A DNA stretch of 64,000 nt. Origin: Octopus sinensis. Lineage: Eukaryota. Positions 49,130 to 62,950 of this stretch are shown in pieces. The notes beneath the pieces were generated by a model. That model saw nothing but the letters and a program-made list of their open reading frames with translations, did not search any database and was not told the DNA's origin. Positions within the stretch are counted from its first letter, which is position 1. Each line of letters begins with the position of its first letter. Made by a program: the position numbers and the translations under genes. Location of the stretch: NCBI RefSeq assembly GCF_006345805.1, contig NC_043005.1:53754001-53818000 (forward strand), read 5' to 3'.

Positions 49130-49530
49130 CTCTTTTTTACTCTCTTTCACTTGTTTTAGTCATTTGACTGCAGCCATGCTGGAGCACCGCCTTTAGTCGA
49201 GCAAATCGAACCCGGGACTGATTCTTTGTAAGCCTAGTACTTATTCTATCGGTCTCTTTTGCCGAGCCGCTAAGTTATGGGGACGTAAATACACCAGTAT
49301 CGGTTGTGAAGCGATGTTGGGGACAAATACAGACACACAAACATATACACACACATACACATATACGACGGGCTTCTTTCAGCTTCCGTCTACCAAATTC
49401 ACTCACAAGGCATTGGTCGGCCCGAAGCTATAGTAGAAGACACTTGCCCAAGGTGCCACGCAGTGGGACTGAACCCGGAACCATGTGGTTGGTAAGCAAG
49501 TTACTTACCACACAGCCACTCCAACGCCTA
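49130..49530 (-). mobile_element. SINE family A, full length, CpG-intact
   Basis: Reverse complement aligns with 11444-11850. Confidence 0.92.
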
Positions 49531-50064
49531 TTTACGTTTTTTTTTTTCTGCACTATTTTAAGTGGGGAGAAAGACGAAACTGAAAATGTGTAATGGAATT
49601 CAACTGAAAATGCATTTGATGTTCATGTTAGTGCGAATTGGTGTGTGAAGCAGAATACCATGATAATTAATGGCATATGTATAGTGAATTGTGATGTTCG
49701 AAATACTGAGGTCTTTTGAGTTGTTTTTATCGGATCTTAAATTAGTCTTAGATTCTATGATTTTAAAAGAGACCGGAAGCTCCAAAGGGTATAGCTGATT
49801 TGTAGCAGCTTATTTTTAGAATTCAATAAGAATTGATATCGATGTGAAGAACATTACCACAAGTGCATAAGTACCATATTCTAGATGCTCTAGATTACTC
49901 TTAGGAGAATTTGATTACTGTGCATAGTATCTTAGAGTTGGTGATACTTACATATTTTAGTCACCAAACATGCATAGGCAGTGTTCCTGTTCTTCTGAAG
50001 ACTAATAGAAAAATGTGTGTAGCTACTTGTATACGTACGTCTTGTTAAGTCTAAATTAAAATGT

Positions 50065-50240
50065 TTACTTATCGTCTGTCCAGTTCTCTTTGGCGTAATA
50101 TGCCACATCCTTTCTGGGGTACTTTCCATTAAGTGAGCTTATGGGCACCGTTGCATTGTAGCCGATTATTTGACAGACGGCAGTTTCTTCTATTGATTCT
50201 GGAAATCACATTTTAAAGGATTCTTTTATAATTGAAGCAG
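50065..50240 (-). mobile_element. Possible decayed APE endonuclease fragment of a LINE
   Basis: M*FPESIEETAVCQIIGYNATVPISSLNGKYPRKDVAYYAKENW loosely resembles the ETW..I.GY..R.GGVAIYVK motif. Confidence 0.33.
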
Positions 50241-51744
50241 ACTTTAAATTATTGTTTGTTAAAAATATTTTGGTAACTGTAACCTTGCTAAGCACTAATG
50301 AAAATTTAAGAAAATATTTGCGACATTGGATGCTACAACCAAACTAAATAGAAGATTAAACTACATATTGTTGCCCAAGCTTTGGTTTTTGATAGATTTT
50401 TCGATGCACTACGAGAACGATATGTACTATATTGCCTCATAGAAACCATTTTTTTGTAAGGAAATAAAGAAATATCAGCAAGACACTCGGTGGAAGATCT
50501 ATCTGTATGGAAAAATGCTAGAAATACAATGTTATTTATTAAATCCTTCTATATTACAGGAGGGTGACTGGAAGATCTACTAATATATAGAATTTTTTTA
50601 TTTCGTTGCCTAAGAGGAAAATGTTTAAATGTACTTTAGTGTAATCTAATATTTTAATAAACAAACTATTGCAATTTTCATAACAATCTATTCTTAAGCT
50701 AAATTATTTAATTGCGCAATTAAAGTTTACTTGAACATAACAAGCAACTTGCCGTTCATGCAGCATGAAATTTATAAAAAGCCATCATCTCTACGAAGAC
50801 CAAACTCTATGGCAGGGAATTTCCTTAGATGTCAGCCTCTCATACAAGCCTCTATCTACATCAAATATCTCGTCATTAAGTTTGATAAAACCACTCTCTT
50901 GAAGAAAAAAATAAATAAAACGAAGAATTTCTGACGTCCTTTGTTGTTATACTGATTTCAAAATCACTAATGGGTATGAAATTGTTGCCAAATTATAAAG
51001 CTAAATGTCAAAATGGGTAAATTTCTACTATATTTATAGATTACTTGCTTAAGCCAATTTATTACAGCGTAGCTATTTTTTCACGAAGGCAAATTCTGAT
51101 TTTTATTGTTGTTGCTTTTTTTCCTAGCATCTAAAATAAGTTTACTAACTACTTCTTGTGTGCTTGTGAAAAGATTAATAAACCAAATGTAGGCTCATTA
51201 ACCTTGTGATCTGTTAAGTTTAATTTGACACTTACATGGTGCTCTACGTTAAATAATTCAAAGTCAGAAGTTATAACAGAATATTATTAATCGCGTAGAA
51301 AAAAACAACAAAAGCCAATAACATTTTGAAAACCAGTATTTTACAAAATAAGTGTAATAGGTGGGGGCTTATATTAGAAACTGCATTACTTAATATACAA
51401 TGGATAAATTAAAGAAGATGAAATTTCAGTGAGAATATGAGTGCGAAAGTTAAGATTTAATAAATTCTAAGTACAAGAAATAAATGGCTACCTTCACAAA
51501 GTTGTGAAATAACATAGAAAATAACTAGGGCGACAATATATCAAATTACTATGGAAATAAATTTACGCTTCTTAATAACTAGGAAATATGAACTAAGTAA
51601 AAATTAGAAATTAATAGATCTTTGCCGGATAATCTAAACTGAAAGAATTTGTCCAATGCCTATATCGGGAATAAGAAGCCCAATAACTTGGGTAATAACG
51701 AGAGATACGATGGCACGTGTGAATGACGGTGCCAGCTTGAGCAT

Positions 51745-52145
51745 AATCCTTTGAACCAGAAGGAAAAAAGAGAGCCACTTACTGTAATGTGTTTTCTTTA
51801 TGCATGACACTATTACCCAGGTCTTTTCCGTAGGCTTTTCTATCCACGGACAAACCTAATCTGTTTTCCCTTTTTGCATTGACATTTCTGTGATACACGA
51901 TCCCTATTGATCGGCCCCACTTTTTTTTCACGATCCCTTTTGATCGGAACTGCCCTCTTTTCCCTTCTTCCCAAAAAGAAAAGCTCTACATATGTTTAGC
52001 CTTGCGTGGCCAATAAAGAAATCTATTCGCCAAAATATAATCAAGACTCTGAAAGAGTTTTGATAACTTTTTGATTCTGTGTCCTTTGATACAGGATATA
52101 GAATCAAAAGATCCTTTGATCCTGAATCCACAGGATCTTTGACTT
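51745..52145. promoter_or_regulatory. Homotypic cluster of TCF/LEF-like CTTTGA sites
   Basis: CCTTTGAA 51748, CCTTTGAT 52083, CCTTTGATC 52113, TCTTTGAC 52136, near-matches at 51935 and 52103. Confidence 0.3.
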
Positions 52146-52941
52146 CTAAACATTTTCAGCCTTTAATTTCTCCAATAGCAAAAAATTTACTTATCCAACT
52201 TACTGTTTTCCGCTCCATTCTTTTTACTCGACATACAGGATTTTAGTATCACATGAATTCCAGCGCATACAGATTCCTTTTGTGGTGCTTAGGACTTCCA
52301 TTAGATGTCTTTACTATCTTAAAATTTATCATGTCTGAAACATATCCTCTCTGTCTACATTTTACGGCCTCGCTTTATTCTCAGCTTCTATTTTGAGTCT
52401 CTTATGTTATTTCTTCTGCATTTTACATTTATTGGTCCCTTATCTATCCTATAGATACTTATTTCATACCCTTAAACAAGTCACTTTATCACATTATATA
52501 TGCAATTCTTTAAACAGCGAAGTCTCTTTACTTAGGTCCCAGTTGTTAATTAACCGAGATGATTACCGTTTAATCTCTATTGTAAGCGCATAACCAAGTT
52601 TCTAAGGTATTGGTTCAAAATTTTACGTTATTAGCTTAAGACATTGTATTTCATTACATTTTTATCAATTCATTTACCTAGTTTTATCACATTTTATAAC
52701 CATGATCTTTTATCGTTTAACACACTTACAATAGCTTATATTGTCTTTCAGAACTTCATTATCTGACCTTCTTCTTTGGTGTATATATATATGTATATGT
52801 ATGTATATATGTATGTATGCCTATGTATATACATATATGCTTATATATTTATATATGTGCGTGTGTGTATTCATATATACATATGTGTGTATATGTGTAT
52901 ATATATATGTGTGTGTGTGTGTATATATATATCTATATATA

Positions 52942-52975
<34 letters not shown>

Positions 52976-53040
52976 CACACACATATATACATACATATAT
53001 TTATATACATATATATATACACACATATATATATACATAT

Positions 53041-53404
53041 GTGGCACTCCGTCGGTTACGACGACGAGGGTTCCAGTTGATCCGATCAATGGAACAGCCT
53101 GCTCGTGAAATTAACGTGCAAGTGGCTGAGCACTCCACAGACACGTGTACCTTTAATGTAGTTCTTGGAGGGATTCAGCGTGAGACAGAGCGTGACAAGA
53201 CCGGCTCTTTGAAATACAGGTACAACAGAAACAGGAAGACAGAGTGAGAGAAAGCTGTGGTGAAAGAATACAGCAGAGTTAACCACAAACCCCTGCCGGA
53301 GGTGTTTTCGCTCACTAAACACTCACAACGCCCGGTCTGGGAATCGAAACCGCGATCCTATGACCGCAAGTCCGCTGCCCTAACCACTGGGCCATTGCAC
53401 CTCC
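53041..53404 (-). mobile_element. SINE family D, near full length, CpG-intact
   Basis: Head ggaggtgcaatggcccagtggttagggc..gtttcgattccc; tail ggaaccctcgtcgtcgtaaccgacggagtgcc. Confidence 0.9.
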
Positions 53405-53417
53405 ATACATATATACA

Positions 53418-53449
<32 letters not shown>

Positions 53450-53450
53450 G

Positions 53451-53488
<38 letters not shown>

Positions 53489-53490
53489 AT

Positions 53491-53579
<89 letters not shown>

Positions 53580-53589
53580 TATATATATA

Positions 53590-54193
53590 AAAGGGTGAAA
53601 TGAGTTCGTGAGCATGGAAAGAAGAGCAGATGTCAACTCGGGATTTGCGGTTGCTTTCGCACAATTCATGAGGCACCCATTTTCTAAGTTTAGGAACCTT
53701 TACAAGTTGTTGAAGATGATAAATAGCTGTATAGTTTGAACTAAGTTTTATTGCCAATTCTTCGACTGATTATGCAGGATTTTCTTCAAGTAACACCTCA
53801 AACTCAACTGGACGTCCTGTTCGATCTTCATTTTCGAGGCTGAAATCTCTACTTCTGAATTTTGCAAACCATCTTCTGCAAGTTCTTTCATTCAAGCATT
53901 CTTTCCCATGAACTGAGTGTATGTTTCGAGTCGCTTCGGCTACAGAGTTTCCTTTTTCTGTACTCATAAAGCATTATGTGCCTAAAATGCTCTTTGGATA
54001 CTTCCATGTTAGAAACGGTTTTAATCAAAGGAATTTCAATTCTACTGTTCTGTAAAATAATATTTAATTAGTTTAAATATACACAAATGAATAAAAATAA
54101 TCTTTAATTCCATTAGACATTCTAAAATACTATTAAATTTCATTCAATTTTTAAAATGGTAAAATCGGACAGAACTTACGGGATGGCCTGATA
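53590..54193 (-). mobile_element. Mariner 5' half, truncated at a (TA)n tract
   Basis: TIR tatcaggccatcccgtaagttctgtccgattt; KGNSVAEATRNIHSVHGKECLNERTCRRWFAKFRS..GRP, then KWVPHEL. Confidence 0.9.
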
Positions 54194-54761
54194 ATTTCAA
54201 GCAACACAGATTCGCTGATTTTGCAGCACATAGTTTATTACTTATTTAAAATCTATTAACTTAATTTCATTGATTTTCTTCTGGTTTATCCGTCGCTCCA
54301 TATAGTTATTACCCAACTAACATTTAGCTTGATCATTTAGTGCTAATTACTTCCTTATAAATTCCGTTAATCACTTTAAATTATTCTAATATATATTTTA
54401 CTATTCCATTTCATTTTACTTTTAAACTTTTTCCTATTAAAAAATTTATTGTTGTTTAATCTTTCGACTCGTTTCTTTAAAATACAATACGCTCCAACTT
54501 TATTATTATCTGCATACTCACACTTATTTCAATTTAATTTAGAATTTCCCGATTAATTAATAAATCAGTTTCAACAGTTATTGTTTTGTCCTTGATCCAG
54601 TTCCAGTTATGGTCATGCTTTGATGGTGTCTATGCATTTCATTTTCGTTACACAACTTACAACATTCATTTATTTATGCTTATCCTTTCAACGTATTCAT
54701 AAGGTTCTCACAAGTTTTTTGCATTTGATTTACGTTTATCGCGCATGTATATACTCCAAAC

Positions 54762-55505
54762 CAGTGGTTCTGAACCATTTTTCCCCTTTTTTGTAGCTTT
54801 ACTTTTAAAGTAATTGTTATACCTAGCACCCACCTAAGTGGCGAGTGAAGTATCACGACTAAACTTAGTAGTAAAGTTCCTTCCCGAGTCATATGGACTC
54901 ATAAGACCAGTTTCCCGGTTACCATGGACGAGACGCCGGTCCGTCGCAGGATTACTCATTTTTACCAGTTGAGTGGACTGGAGCAAAGTGAAATTAAGTA
55001 TTTTGCTCTTGAACAAAACGCATCACCCGGTCCAGGAATCGAAACTACAATATTACGATCATGAGTCCAACACTCTAACTAAGCCACGCGCCCCCACAAA
55101 CTAACTTAGCATGGGCGATAATTTATAAATCTTACTAAAAAAAATGATTATAAAAGTCTTTTAACAGTGGAATGATAAACATTAATAAAGACAAAAGTTG
55201 TAAATTTACTTCATAAATTGCAAGCTAATGACTATACTTGATGAGATCTAGCTAAATTTTCAATATCAGTTTCAATGTTTGTCAAAAGAAGTCGTAAGTC
55301 CCCTCTTTGACTTAATGCAAATTTGTTTCGTTGCTTAATCAGAAATTGTGACCCGGCCATGAATTCTTTATATAATATAATTACTACTATAGGTAAAATT
55401 TCGTATGTTAGTTACGTTACCTCACCTTCCTCTAAAGCTTAACACCACTCCGACATGCCTAGTGAGTTTTTGTGGGGGCGGTACCACCCACGTTGAGAAC
55501 CTCTG
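54762..55505. mobile_element. hAT (Charlie-like) MITE carrying an inserted family E SINE (about 54830-55095, minus)
   Basis: cagtggttctgaac ... gttgagaacctctg; flanks ctccaaac / ctctaaat (6 of 8 match). Confidence 0.5.
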
Positions 55506-55604
55506 CTCTAAATAATTTATTATTTTTAGTAACTGCTATAATTTCTAAATTTACCGTTCCATTTTACCGTATCTAACATTTAATACCTTTCATCCAAAAA
55601 CTAG

Positions 55605-55830
55605 AATTCATATTGGTTTCAAATTTTAGCACAAGGCCCAGCAGTTTCAGGATAGGGGCGAAAGCCGATGAGATCAATCCCAGTGTTCAATTAGTTCTTA
55701 TTTTATCAACACCGAAAGGACGAAAGGCAAAGGTTGCCTCGGTGGAATTTGAACTCAGAACGTAAAGATGGACGAAATGCCGCTAAGCATTTTGCCCGGC
55801 ATCGTAACGATTCTGCCAGATCACCACCTT
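55605..55830 (-). mobile_element. SINE family B
   Basis: aatttgaactcagaacgtaaag..tctgccagatcaccacc. Confidence 0.88.
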
Positions 55831-56465
55831 AAAATTAGTATGTATTAATTAAAATTGCTTAAACAACTGCGCTTTATTTGTATTTACATTTTTTTAATTT
55901 AAATGATGTCTCCTAATTATTTACTAACATTTAAATTACTTTCTGTGCTAATTACCAACGTGTTTATTTACTCTGCATTTTAGTTTCCATCAAGATAGTA
56001 ATTTGTTACTTTTCAGCTTTATTTACATTCCTTACATTTCATTTTTAACAGTATGAGTACCAATAAATGTCTTAGAATTTACACCGTATTTGATGCATAC
56101 GTAATTTTTATCATATGACAAATACATTGTTTTCATTACGTAATTCTCAAAAAGCTACCGTTTCTTTTTTTGTTTCATCACGTAATTAATTGATAGCTAC
56201 ATATTTTATAGCATCTTCAGTAAATTTACTTTCTGATAAATGATTTAAATGAAACAACGAGAATATTTTGTAATTTCTTAATCTATAATTTACAAACAGA
56301 TACATAAGTAAATATAGATACGAGGAGTTTTCGTCGAGATGATTCAAAGTAATAGATATGTCACTAAAATTCCAGTTTGAACTGCAGTGAATGGTGTGAT
56401 TTTATGATTCCCTTATCCAAAGCGATTAGAAGTGGCTTCCCCTTGAATCGGTAGGTATAACTTAA

Positions 56466-57042
56466 AGTAGCTAAGCAAAGTAAAGGCAAACAGCTTGCAA
56501 GACTTAACAAGGATATTTAATTTTAACTATATAATAAAAGGTTGAGATAGCTTCTGACAGCTGTTTCTAGGATATCCCAGCTATTGGAACATCATGTCGA
56601 GCGAACATGCTATATGCTGAGTATACCGACATAAGTTAAACATATGCGACAGTGGAAGAAACTTCCTCATCAGTAACAGTTGTTGTGGTACCATCTATAT
56701 ACCCCCGTCTTGGATTACTATCTAACCAATCTCTCTGATCCTGGATTTACCTAAGGAATCCAATAACTAACTGGATTTAATTGAACTTTTCCTCCGTTTC
56801 TAGACAAAATGAACCACAACAACTATCATTTACGAGGAACTTTCTTCCACTGTTACATATGTTTAACCTATCCCTCTCCGATTTCAGAATACTCGGCATA
56901 TGGAATATTTGCTCGACATGATGTTCCAATAGCTGGGACATCCTAGAAACAGCTGTCAGATACTATATAAACATTTTACTATATAGCTAAATTAAATGTC
57001 CTTGTCAAGTTTTGCTAAACCGTTCGCTTTTTCTTTTCTACT
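56466..57042. mobile_element. Foldback element with about 230-bp arms and TTAA flanks (Kolobok-like)
   Basis: TTAA-AGTAG ... CTACT-TTAA; ctgacagctgtttctaggatatcccagctattggaacatcatgtcgagc mirrored at about 56910-56960. Confidence 0.75.
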
Positions 57043-57304
57043 TTAACACACATACACACACACACCACACACACACACACACATATGTATAATACTGCAT
57101 CAAGCAGACTGTCAAATTCTGATATATACGGATGGTTAGGTTACAATGCACTTTCACGCATTGTTTTATCTTTCGAATGATGTTACTTTGCTGTCTAGGC
57201 GAACAGGCCGACATTCCGTTCTGAATAGAACGCCAGTCCACCGCAGTATTACCCATGTAAACTGACTGAACTAGAACAACGTGAAATAAAGAACATGACG
57301 CATA

Positions 57305-57785
57305 TATATGTGTATATATATGTATATATATATACATAGTTAATCCAATGTATATATATGTATATGTATATATGTACATATGTATATATATGTACATGTA
57401 TATATATATACATGTATATATATATATACATGTATATATATGTATATATATGTATGTATATGTATATATGTATATATATATGTATATATATATGTATATA
57501 TATGTATATATATATGTATATATATGTATATATATATGTATATGTATATATTATGTATATGTATATATATGTATATATATATGTATATGTATATATATGT
57601 ATATGTATATATATGTATATATGTATATATATATGTATATATATGTATATATATGTATATATATGTATATATATATGTATATGTATATATATGTATATGT
57701 ATATATATGTATATATATATGTATATGTATATATATGTATATGTATATATATATATATGTATATGTATGTATATGTATATATAAT
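57305..57785. repeat. (TATATG)n-type microsatellite
   Basis: Directly visible. Confidence 0.95.
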
Positions 57786-58397
57786 TAATTAATAAGGGTG
57801 AGAGAATTAGATACTAATTTAATAGTATACCCATTCAACACCAAGTGGCCCAGTGCCCCGAGAAACCTGGATTATTATAATATTTTATAATATATTATAA
57901 TATTTTATACAAAAATAAATATAAGAGAGTGGTCACTATGTGGCTCACTCTAGCACTAGTAAATCCAAAAGGTTTCAACCACAAAAATACATGTTTCCCA
58001 TGAAAGTCAGTACGATTGTTAGCTCACACGAACAGGGCAAATAAAAAATAACAAAAATACAGATTATTTTGGGACAATTGTTTCGCTATTAATGAATTAA
58101 ATGTAATTTTACTTACAAAAAGCTCACTTGTAGCTCCTCAGCCAAAACTATCTGGATGAAATCCACTCAATCACACGCCAGATTTTACCATAACGATAAA
58201 TACACGTGTGGTTCAATTGATTACATCCGACGTTATAATTCAAATGCCCCTACCAACAGCGCGCCAAACTTACACGGAAACAAATACTACATTTAGAAAT
58301 AAATGTAGCATAATTATAATTAATTAATAAGGGTGAGAGAATTAGATACTAGTGCTAGAGTGAGCCACATAGTGACCACTCTCTTATATTTATTTTT
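57780..58397. repeat. Direct plus inverted repeat rearrangement (X..Y..X-Y')
   Basis: X at 57780-57815 and 58315-58351; Y at 57911-57961, inverted at 58347-58397. Confidence 0.9.
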
Positions 58398-59222
58398 ATA
58401 TATGTATATATATATATGTATACATATGTATATGTATATGTATATGTATATATATATGTATACATATGTATATGTATATATATATGTTATACATATGTAT
58501 ATGTATATATATATGTATACATATGTATATGTATATATATATATGTATACATATGTATATATATATATATGTATACATATGTATATGTATATATATATGT
58601 GTATACATATGTATATGTATATATATATATGTATACATATGTATATGTATATATATATATGTATACATATGTATATGTATGTATATATATATATATATAT
58701 GTATATATATGTATATATATATATATTATGTATATATATATATATATATGTATATGTATATATGTATATGTATGTATATGTATATGTATATATATATTAT
58801 GTATATGTATATGTATATATATATTATATGTATACATATGTATATGTATATATATGTGTATACATATGTATATGTATATATATATATGTATACATATGTA
58901 TTGTATATATATATATGTATACATATGTATATGTATATATATATATATATGTATACATATGTATATGTATATATATATGTATGTATATGTATATATATAT
59001 ATATATGTATGTATATGTATATGTATGTATATGTATATATATATATATGTATGTATATGTATATGTATATATATATATGTATGTATATGTATATGTATAT
59101 ATATATATGTATGTATATGTATATGTATTATATATATGTATGTATATATATATGTATGTATATATATATGCATGTATATATATATATATGTATGTATATA
59201 TATGTATATATATATGTATATG
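58398..59222. repeat. Long (TATATG)n/(TATACATATG)n microsatellite
   Basis: Directly visible. Confidence 0.95.
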
Positions 59223-59224
59223 TT

Positions 59225-59425
59225 GATTAGCTAGCCTCTGCAGGCATTTTTTTTCTCTCCTTGTTTCTCTCCGTGTTTCTTTTCTGTGTATCTTTCTGTT
59301 GAAGAGCGTAGGCTCGAAACGTAAAAGACTTGTTTTATTTATATTCCTGAGCGCCATACTAATACAATTGTTTGTTTATATTCCACCTGCCTTCGTCTTT
59401 TGTTTATTTTCATAAAGCTTCCCGT
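59225..59425 (+). mobile_element. Penelope-associated short repeat with hammerhead-like motif
   Basis: TCTTT CTG[TTG]AAGA GCGTAGGCTC GAAA CGTA AAAGA at 59291-59328; homologues on minus at about 1500 and 2024. Confidence 0.6.
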
Positions 59426-59489
59426 TATATATATGTATATATATATGTATGTATATGTATATATATGTATAAATTATATATATGCTCTA

Positions 59490-59537
<48 letters not shown>

Positions 59538-60374
59538 CGTGTGTATATGTGTGTGTGTGATGGTTATCTAACTTCTGAAATAAATGTCACACTGAAGTGC
59601 GTCTATCCATTTTTATATGTGTGAGCGTGTGCGTTGACAGACAGACAGATAGATAGATAGATAGTACTTTATGAAAGAGTATACTCAAATTCTGTTTAGC
59701 ACGGTATGTTATTCATCATATTCTAATCTCATCTTTACTCTAATATATTTCTTTCTACTCTAAAATACTCCCGCTTATTTGTAGATATTTGTTAAGCTCA
59801 TTTTTTTCTCCCCATTTTTTTATGAATTACATTCCATTAAGCTGAATTACTTTATATTTCGTTCCCAGCTGAATTCGTAGGTGTCTTAGTGCCCACAGAT
59901 AACACTCTTTGGAACCTGTATCTATGTCGTGTGCACTTTTCAGTATTATTCCAAATTAATTACATACATTTTTAGAATCTTTGAAAAAAAAAATCCTTTG
60001 CCCTTTATCTCGCGTTTTTATATATTTATCCTTATTTTGTGGTTCAGCTGATTTCGGTTCTATTACCTTGTGACCAATTAACTAGTCCTTCGACCATATG
60101 GGAAAAGTCTATTGACCAGCCTAAGGAAACGTTTACACTGAAACATATTATTGTTGGTGTACATTATGAGGCAGTATATTCATATTTTATTGAGCATAGT
60201 ATATCGTATATTGTTCCAAAGTTTTCTTTATGAGAGATATTTATGCCACAGGTCCAAAATATTTATACGTATTAGTAAAATTTTCATTGGATTCTTTTTC
60301 AAATTACACTAGATGAAGATAACTTAAAATACCTTCTGTTAAGTTCATGTGTAACTTATTGTTCACATCTGCGT

Positions 60375-60713
60375 TTGTTTGTATGTATGTCTTTATGTAT
60401 ACATATGTGTGTGTATATGTATCTGTGTGTGTGTGTGTATATACATATACATTTATATGTGTATATATGTACATAAATATATTTATATATTTATGTATAT
60501 CTATATATTTATGTACATATTATATATATATGTATATATATGTGTATGTATGTATATATGTGTGTGTGAGTGCGTGTGTGTGTATGTATATATATATTCT
60601 TTTATTCTATTATTTTTTCAGTCATTTGACTGCGGCTATGCTGGAGCGCCGCCGTTAGTCAAGCAAATCAACTCTTATTCTTTGTAAGCCTAGTACTTAC
60701 TCTATTGTTCTCA

Positions 60714-60747
<34 letters not shown>

Positions 60748-60768
60748 GCATATATATGTATATGGATA

Positions 60769-60837
<69 letters not shown>

Positions 60838-60965
60838 GTATGCATATGTGTATATATGTGTATGCATGTGTGTATATGAGTATGCGTATATGTATGCGTA
60901 CATACGTATATACATATGTATACGTACATCCACATGTACATACATTATATATATGTTTGTATATT
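60375..60965. repeat. Microsatellite cluster with a SINE family A 3' fragment (about 60605-60705, minus)
   Basis: Directly visible; cagtcatttgactgcggctatgctggagc. Confidence 0.85.
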
Positions 60966-62264
60966 GTTTACTTCATTCAAGAAAAGAATTCATTTGGATT
61001 AAAATTATGTTAATTTTATCAAAATCATTACTAAAACTCGAAATCTGTAAATATAATAATTACCTTACTCTTTTCTAAAATAGTTCTTGAAAAATTTATT
61101 TCTTATCTCTGCACATATTTTTTTTTCTTTTTTTTTTTTTTTTTTGCTAAATATATTATTTTGAAGAATTGGCTATATTTTTCTTCAAGAATTATTCTGA
61201 AAACGAACAAAGCTGCATGAGATAAAGACAATTTAATTTATTCCATAAATATATATAAAAATAATTTTATGCTACTTTTGAAACATGAAAAGTAAAAGCA
61301 ATAAAAGAATAAAAGAAGAAATTTGAAGAAAAAAGAGAGAAATTTTTTTCTTAAATTGTAAAGAGTGAAACCATTGATAAGATAATCGTAGCCAAAAGCA
61401 AAACTGGACTTCTTAGTATTTCTGAATAAAAAAAAATATTCGTATATTTCATTTTTATCATGTTTAGATACCGGCAAACTGAAATGGATTAAGGTTTTAC
61501 TTCAACATACTCAAAGAGATCATATGGTTACAAGATTATTTAGTTTATCTTTGATAAAAGAAATATGTAAAGATTTTTCATATTTTCTTTCTTTCTTAAC
61601 CAATAATTTCAAATTTATATCCAATTATATTAGCATACGAATGAACAGCTCATTAGTGTAACGTAAGTAATTAGGCAAAAAAGAAAATATACAACAACGA
61701 TTACAAACTTTTCCAATATTTTTATGTCATGGAATTAAGACTAGATAAGTAGTAGGTAGAATGAGAAAACAAGAAAGTGTATATATTTGCTTCTTCATAA
61801 ATTCTTTTAATATATTTTTCTGAGATTTAATTAAATTTTTTTTTTTTTTTTGGCTTTAGCAGTTTTTGAAAATAAATATGCAAGTTCAAACCTTTCTACT
61901 CACATGATATATTACTTTGTAACATCGTCGTCATTTTAATGTCTATTTTTCCACGCTATCATGGGTCAGACGAATACATTAAGGTAAATTATCTACAGCT
62001 TGATGCCCTTTCTCTCACCAACCCTCACCTCTTTTCAAGAAAGATAATATTTCTCTATGACCGGACACGGTTTTATAGAATATTAGAAATGAATGACACT
62101 GCTTGTATGACAGTGAAATTCATTTACATCTGTCATATGCTGCCAAGATAAGGTGACATCACACGTAAACACATCATCATATACTCGCGCGCGAGCACCC
62201 ATGTTTTTAGGAACGGTGAGTCTTGAAGCAAATAATGCTGTACATAATCCCTTCTACTAAAGAC

Positions 62265-62465
62265 ACAAGGCCTTGAAATTTTGGGAGAGGGGATTAAGTC
62301 GATTACATCAACCCCAGTGTTCCATTGTTACTTAATTTATCAGCCCCGAAAAGATGAAAGCCAAAGTCGGTCTCCTCGGAATTTGAACTCAGCCGGTAGC
62401 GACGGACAAAATGCTGCTGAACATTTCATCGAGCTTGCTAACGATTCTGCCAGCTCAACGCCTTA
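62265..62465 (-). mobile_element. SINE family B
   Basis: ccccgaaaagatgaaagc..aatttgaactc..tctgccagctc. Confidence 0.85.
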
Positions 62466-62679
62466 ATAATGCAATACATAATAATGTTTAAATATAGAGT
62501 TAAAAACTCTTTGAATAGAAAGATAGGGGCAGATTTCAGTCCTTTTTTCCATTCAAAGGATTCTTGATCTGATATTTACATGCTATTCTTTATAGTTTTG
62601 TTTGCATTGAGGTTCATTATTCCATTAAAGAGTTACTTCACATTCTCGAATTTTTAAAATTCCTACGACATCAACAATA

Positions 62680-62680
62680 T

Positions 62681-62712
<32 letters not shown>

Positions 62713-62950
62713 TATTATCTCTTAACATCCGTTCTTCATGGGTTGGACAGTTTGACACGAGTTGGCCAGCTGGAGATCTACCCAGGGCTTTATTTATCTG
62801 TATTTGGCATGGTTTCTATGGCTGGATGCCTTTTCCAATGCCAACCACTTTGCAGAGTGTACTGAATGCTTTTATGTGGCACTGGATCAAGTGTTTTTAC
62901 ATGGTATCAACCCGGACACTTCTGTGTGGTACAGGCATGGGTGCTTTTAT
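62680..62950 (-). mobile_element. SINE family C, CpG-decayed
   Basis: (ATC)n tail and ggctggatgccttttccaatgccaaccact. Confidence 0.8.

Noticed and set aside
57348-59357. Long ORFs up to 297 aa (YIYM/CICI-type) and similar entries at 70, 3331, 12545, 25670, 38259, 52741, 60347
   Set aside because: Translations of (TA)n/(CATA)n/(TATATG)n microsatellites, which lack stop codons by composition.
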